This document shows positions 58,901 through 64,000 of a stretch of DNA of 64,000 nucleotides, piece after piece. The number at the start of each line of letters is the position of its first letter. Position 1 is the stretch's first letter. The notes beneath the pieces were generated by a model that was given only the letters and a program-made list of their open reading frames with translations, ran no database searches and was not told the DNA's origin. The translations under genes and the position numbers were made by a program. Source of the stretch: Ostrea edulis (Eukaryota); assembly GCF_947568905.1 (NCBI RefSeq), contig NC_079166.1, positions 37,324,001-37,388,000 of the forward strand, given 5' to 3'.

Positions 58901-58992
58901 GCGATACACAGCGGGGGTATATTTGACCCAGCCACCACCCGTACCCTCTGCGGATCTACAGGAGCGTGGCTCAAAGGATCCCGTGAGGACAT
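50491..58992 (-). CDS. PRDM13: PR domain zinc finger protein 13, 3 exons, about 425 aa
   Basis: Exons 58992 (or 59025)-58828, 53362-53122 and 51362-50491, all in phase. PR/SET motifs GPYPGEF and EEVLAWY; ZF1 CDSCGKTFKYPNPLKAH; C-terminal GHLCLYCGKLYSRKYGLKIHLRTHTGYKPLKCKVCLRPFGDPSNLNKHVRLH is diagnostic of PRDM13. Confidence 0.93.
51417..51693 (-). mobile_element. Penelope-like 3' fragment in PRDM13 intron 2
   Basis: ggatcaggtgcctaggagg...agcatcccc..ttgaccggtcacacc is shared with the other copies. Confidence 0.7.
53122..53362 (-). CDS. PRDM13: PRDM13 exon 2 (PR/SET domain)
   Basis: accag acceptor and gtcggt donor; 241 nt. Confidence 0.9.
58828..58992 (-). CDS. PRDM13: PRDM13 exon 1 (start could be 59025)
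   Basis: VVAGSNIPPLCIAGPYPGEF is the start of the PR domain; phase-0 donor gttggt. Confidence 0.8.
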
Positions 58993-61054
58993 AGTATGAT
59001 TAATGTTATTTGATAATAAGTCCATTATTCTATTAAAGATGTGTGATATTCATATAACCTTACGAATTTGTTAAATGGAAAAGAAAAAGCAAGTGTTGGG
59101 GTCTTTTATAGGATTTAATACTAAAAGGACAGTCCTGTGAAAACTTGCGATCGGTAACAGCTGCTCTGGGCAGGCGAGACCCTATGACAATTATTTGGTT
59201 TCTATGACAATATCAAACTTTCTCCTTCAACGGGACGCACCGAAAGCCGCATCGGCGGTAGCGCATGCGCCTCCAGCCATTTATTATACTGAATTCAATT
59301 GATATTAAAATTCATTGACATAAAACAGATCAATTTTTTTATGGAGGGGAAAAATTCGGCTCAGGAAATAGTTTTGGTCAACCGTTTTGTGCGGCATTAA
59401 AATTGAACAGTAACCAAAACACAGTTTCTGATTACGGGTAGCGATAATTCGTTGGAGATCGCATTATCCCGTTCATAATTGTGACATGGATTTAAAGTTC
59501 AAACGCCGATTCTAAAAAATCCTTTTTATCCAAATTCCTGCTAACCCTGTCCGTCGTTATAGTAATACTATTTTGAATTATGGACATTTGATTAAAATTT
59601 TATTGGGATTACATGTAAATCCCTTTATCAAGTCTTCACAATGTATAAAGATATATTAATAAGATTACTGTCTTATTAAAGTTGTTAAAAAAATTGGGGG
59701 GATTTTTGTCATATTAAAACACAAATATACCAACAAACCCCCGAACAAACATAAAACACCATATAAAAAACACCCCCCCCCCCCACCACAAAAAACCCCA
59801 ACAAACAACCTCACAAAGGAAGAAGTTAAGTCTTTCAACATATCTAAATGTTAGGTAATTGAATGATTTTTCATTTTTTATTTTGAATATTCATTACAGC
59901 TATAGGACATATGCCATGATGTGAATTTTGAATGATTTTTTTTTAATGCTTTGACCTATGCATGTTTTATACCCACCCAATGTTGAAAACACTGTACATG
60001 ATGAAATAAGCTACAGATGGCGAGTAGTTTCAAACTTTCAGACAAACTGGAGATACTATTGTTTCTATACAAAATTAAGATTTCCACCGTGACATTAATA
60101 TTGCGGGCATGTTTTAAAAACCATCAACCTGCATAATAAATGGCGATGTTCCATGCTTCTGAGTCTGTTCTCTGGTGGGAATGCACCCTCTGGTGTGCGA
60201 CCTGTCCCCTCGTCTGTCTTGAGGGCCGGGACTGTTATCACTTCTCTCATTTCAGTATTCGCTCTCGTTTTCTATGTGGTACCATTAACCGTACATTGTC
60301 CAAAACCAAACGCCTTTTTCTGGAGGCCGTGCTCATTCGAAGACGCACGCAGTGTCGCGCGCCCGTCGCGTGCCGATATCGTCTGCCAAACGCGCGCCAG
60401 TTTCTCTTTTGGTCGTCTTTCGTATATCTTTTGATGTTATCTTTTCATTTTCAATTTGATTTCAATAACAATGAAGACCTGTTTAGTATTTAATGTTTTG
60501 CATGTCCAATTAATCACAACCAACTGCATAGGAATTAAACATGTGTTTAACCAAGACATTTTCCCACAACTTTTTTCCCCTCAAGAATACTTTTAATCAT
60601 TGATGAAAGATTTTTGAGAATATTTCATATATATATTTTTGCTAAATGTTAACATTAACATTACTTGCAAAGAAGTAATGCCTTAATTTACAATCAGCAT
60701 ACTGGGGTGAATCTAGGACTTGTCATTTTGTTTTGTTTAGTGAATGGCCAACAACTTTCCGTTACTAATCAGAAACATTTACAGGGTGTTAGCAATGATT
60801 GGCAAAATCATTCAATAAACCTTGAATTAATTCACAATCCTAAAGAATGTGTTCAAAAGTTTTAATCTCTAATTCACAAAATGAACAATCATGTGTATCA
60901 GCTATAGTAGATTATTTTAAAAAAAAAAAAAACAATGGAAAAAATGCATAAGAAGAAAAGTTATCCGCCAAAGTAAAAAACAAAAAACAAATTAAATAAA
61001 TAAATTATAAAACAAAAACAAATAACGCAACATATTCGTCTACCCTGCTCTAAT

Positions 61055-61146
61055 CACAGGGGCATCTTATCCGCTCTGTTCTCTATCACACATATATAAA
61101 TACATATATGTGTGATAGAGAACAGAGCGGATAAGATGCCCCTGTG
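61055..61146. mobile_element. 92-bp foldback MITE with CACAGGGG termini and a 7-bp TSD
   Basis: Perfect arms of about 42 bp; CTCTAAT at both 61048-61054 and 61147-61153. Confidence 0.8.
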
Positions 61147-63217
61147 CTCTAATTTTGAATTTTCTGTACGTATTATTAGGTTTGTTAAAACTTGTCTGAC
61201 TTTATCAACCCGACAAATTTCTGTAGATAGTCAATAACAAACGAACTGGAATGTAATAATCAGAAAATTCAATGCTTTGTTGTTGGATATGGAATTTATT
61301 TCACTCGTATATATATATATTTATAGGTTATAGACTTTGTATGGGAAAATATGACGACCGAGTTTTTTGGCGCGTAGACGGACCGAGCTTGCGAGGTCCG
61401 TCCGCTACAAAAAACGAGTTTATTGAATATCCTCTATATAATAATAACCGCACACCTTTTGACAATGAGTAGACAATGCATTGCATGGAGCTATAGAATT
61501 CGGATCTTTTATTTGCTCTTCTGCTTTTGGGTTTAATACCTGACATCTACAAACGGTGGACAATCCGGAATTAATTAATCTTATTGACCAAACAAACAAA
61601 CTGGTTAGGTAATTTGGTGGTCAGCTTGAAACATTCCTTACATTTTTTGTTTACATTTTCGTTTACCAAAGGACGAAGTATCGGGTTGAAGTTAGCATTA
61701 ACAATGGTAAAGAAATTGATTCTTCCTGTGGGTAAACAGGATTGGGTGACGAGTGGTGACGGATAGGCACCCGGCGTTCACCAACAGACAGACAGAACAA
61801 TGTGTGGTCAGTCCTAGACAAATGGACTGCAGCTGGTACACATCAAAGGTTGACCAGCTACTGAAGGTTTATTCAATGCTATACTTCACAGAAATTCCTT
61901 GGCAAATTTTGTTCGACAAATTCTTGAACTTGATTTCAAGCATTAATTCTCTAATATATGGGTAGGTTCAAGTTGGTAGGCGAAATTGTTGTTTTCATCC
62001 CCCAAAAAAGTAACAATTTACAATTATTCAATTCCTACTCCAAATGATGGTCTAGAAACTGACGACGGTGTCCAATACGGATACCTACAAGATTCCGGTT
62101 TTTTAAAAAAAAAAATCAATAAATGAAAAATCAATAAATCTTTGTAAACTTGTTCGATGCTACACCATTTCGTTTGTTAAATTTCAAACTGGTGCGCAGC
62201 GCTTTGGTCCTTCGCATCGACAACGTTAACTGTTATTGCGCATACTCTTACGTATCATCGATATCAGTCTATTCCCCATTATTTTTTGGCTATCTCTTAG
62301 TACCAGAAACACGTTATATGTCTCTGCTAGTACATACACGTAGTTCTTCTCTTTCCCGCTAATTCTAATGAACTTTATTAGCAATTTTTGCTTGCATGCT
62401 GTGAATATATCTATATACACGTAAATGTATCCTGTCCAATATCTCCCATGAGAGGAAATAAAGTATGACTTTGTAAATGTATGGTGTTCAGGATCTCCTT
62501 TGAGAGGAATTGAAGTATGAAAGTACTGAACTCTCCCTCATAAAATTTACTAACATAACGACACATGAAATTGATATTCTTTAATACTTAAACAACAAAA
62601 AAAGATTGTAAATATTCTTCTAATGGATCTGTGGACATCTTTTTCTTCATTAATAGCAAATTTAGAATTAATATCACATACAAATTTGTTTACTCGGGAA
62701 AACATTTGTAACAAAACAAATCACTAAATAGATAATTCACAAGGGAGAGAAGAGTGTTGGAAAACATCAGTGCTATGAAGTACTTTTCATGAATTCTCTG
62801 AAGAAAAAAATTATATACATCCTTGACTTTTTCAACAAAAAGATTTCTCTTCCTTGAGTAGTCCTATTTAGCCATATATTAATAACTAGCATATCATATA
62901 CGGTCTATATACATTTTGATCACAGACAATATGAACTAGAAGGTAGAAAAAAATCCATATTTTTTTTTTCATTTGTGTCATAATTTAATGGAGCAACCAT
63001 TATTTCAAACAAAGAGAATACTGACATGTATTTTGAAGAAATTGTCCATTTCAATAGATTTTTGTTCAAATTGATGTCCTGTCTCACATTCCTTTCTAAT
63101 ATCAATATTGCTTTCCTTGTGTTTTGTACAATCAGAAAGAATTTAATGTTTGTGTAGTGAATCCCCTTTGCCGGTCCTGATAGTGAGATAATGACTGCTC
63201 CCCTCCTTGTCCTTCAT

Positions 63218-63313
63218 CTACTCATCCCCACCCCCCGTTTCCTCCCCACCCTCTGTGTTCCCTGAGGGTTCCTCTTTCTTCTCGGGTTCTTGAGTTTCTT
63301 CCTTCTTTTCACC
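63218..63313 (-). CDS. Probable terminal coding exon of an unidentified gene extending beyond the window
   Basis: ttacag acceptor followed by a purine-rich open frame GEKKEETQEPEKKEEPSGNTEGGEETGGGDE*. The true frame is uncertain. Confidence 0.45.
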   Translation of the reverse strand, partial: GEKKEETQEPEKKEEPSGNTEGGEETGGGDE

Positions 63314-64000
63314 CTGTAATTACAAAATGAATGAATTTTAATCAAAATGTAGTCATAGAGGTTATGCATAAACACATGGCTGATTATATATTAGATTGTA
63401 ATGCATTGTGTAATATATGTATATAAGGGAACAACACTTAGATTAAGTACCATATAAGGGGAATTTTAGCGAGACACAAATTTAACTTCTCCATAAAAAT
63501 GGGTATATATATTTAGCCAGAGCTCATTTTAGTAATTTTGTAATTCCAAGAAAGTATTCTGTTACCTACTATATGGAATTAATTATTAGCAATATTCAAT
63601 TTTAGCTATCTCAACACCCTCGCTAACAATGCCAAAATTAAATCCTCGCTAAAAATTCTGCTTAAATGGTATTGTTAAAGTCCACATGAAATCAAACTTT
63701 AAGATATAATGTTAACCTCAAGTGCAAAAACCATTAAAATATATTCATGGAATATATTCATGATCTGAGACAATAACCTGACTTGAACTAGAATCTGATA
63801 AGCAGGTTGTAGTAAATCAAACACAACTTAAATTTCACAAGTCTACAAAAACTTATTTTTTGTGTGAACATTGCCATGGACAAGCTCACAATCCTGAGTA
63901 CAATAAAATGTGTTCTGAATGTTCTCGTTTTTTGACCAGGCCGGGAGAAAAATACTTAACTAAAAAACACTTAACATATTGATAAGTGCATGTATAAACC

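Overview
AT-rich bivalve genomic DNA, most consistent with an oyster (Crassostrea/Magallana); this is inferred from Cg170-like repeats inside Helentron-type elements and the B-box/NHL gene family. I reconstructed spliced genes by hand, checking GT-AG sites and codon phase. (1) ATXN7L3/SGF11 lies on the minus strand, with 10 coding exons from 34373 to 534, and probably continues past the left edge. (2) Two tandem genes, each with a single coding exon, encode RING-less B-box/coiled-coil/NHL (TRIM-protein-like) proteins; both sit antisense inside a 23.3-kb ATXN7L3 intron. (3) A 3-exon DUF3504 (Crypton-derived) gene lacks the recombinase catalytic box II. (4) PRDM13 has 3 exons on the minus strand. 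(5) There is a probable terminal exon of another minus-strand gene near the right edge. Mobile DNA is dense: miniature LTR retrotransposons with a tRNA-Thr-like sequence in the LTR (Helenus type, one with a 4-bp TSD), a Kolobok-like TTAA element, Helentron-type HINEs, hairpin MITEs with 7-9 bp TSDs, LINE/Penelope/SINE fragments, and an unexplained A-X-B-A-Y-B split-direct-repeat unit. No database searches were run. Family names come from motif recognition, and repeat boundaries are approximate unless a TSD or splice site fixes them.
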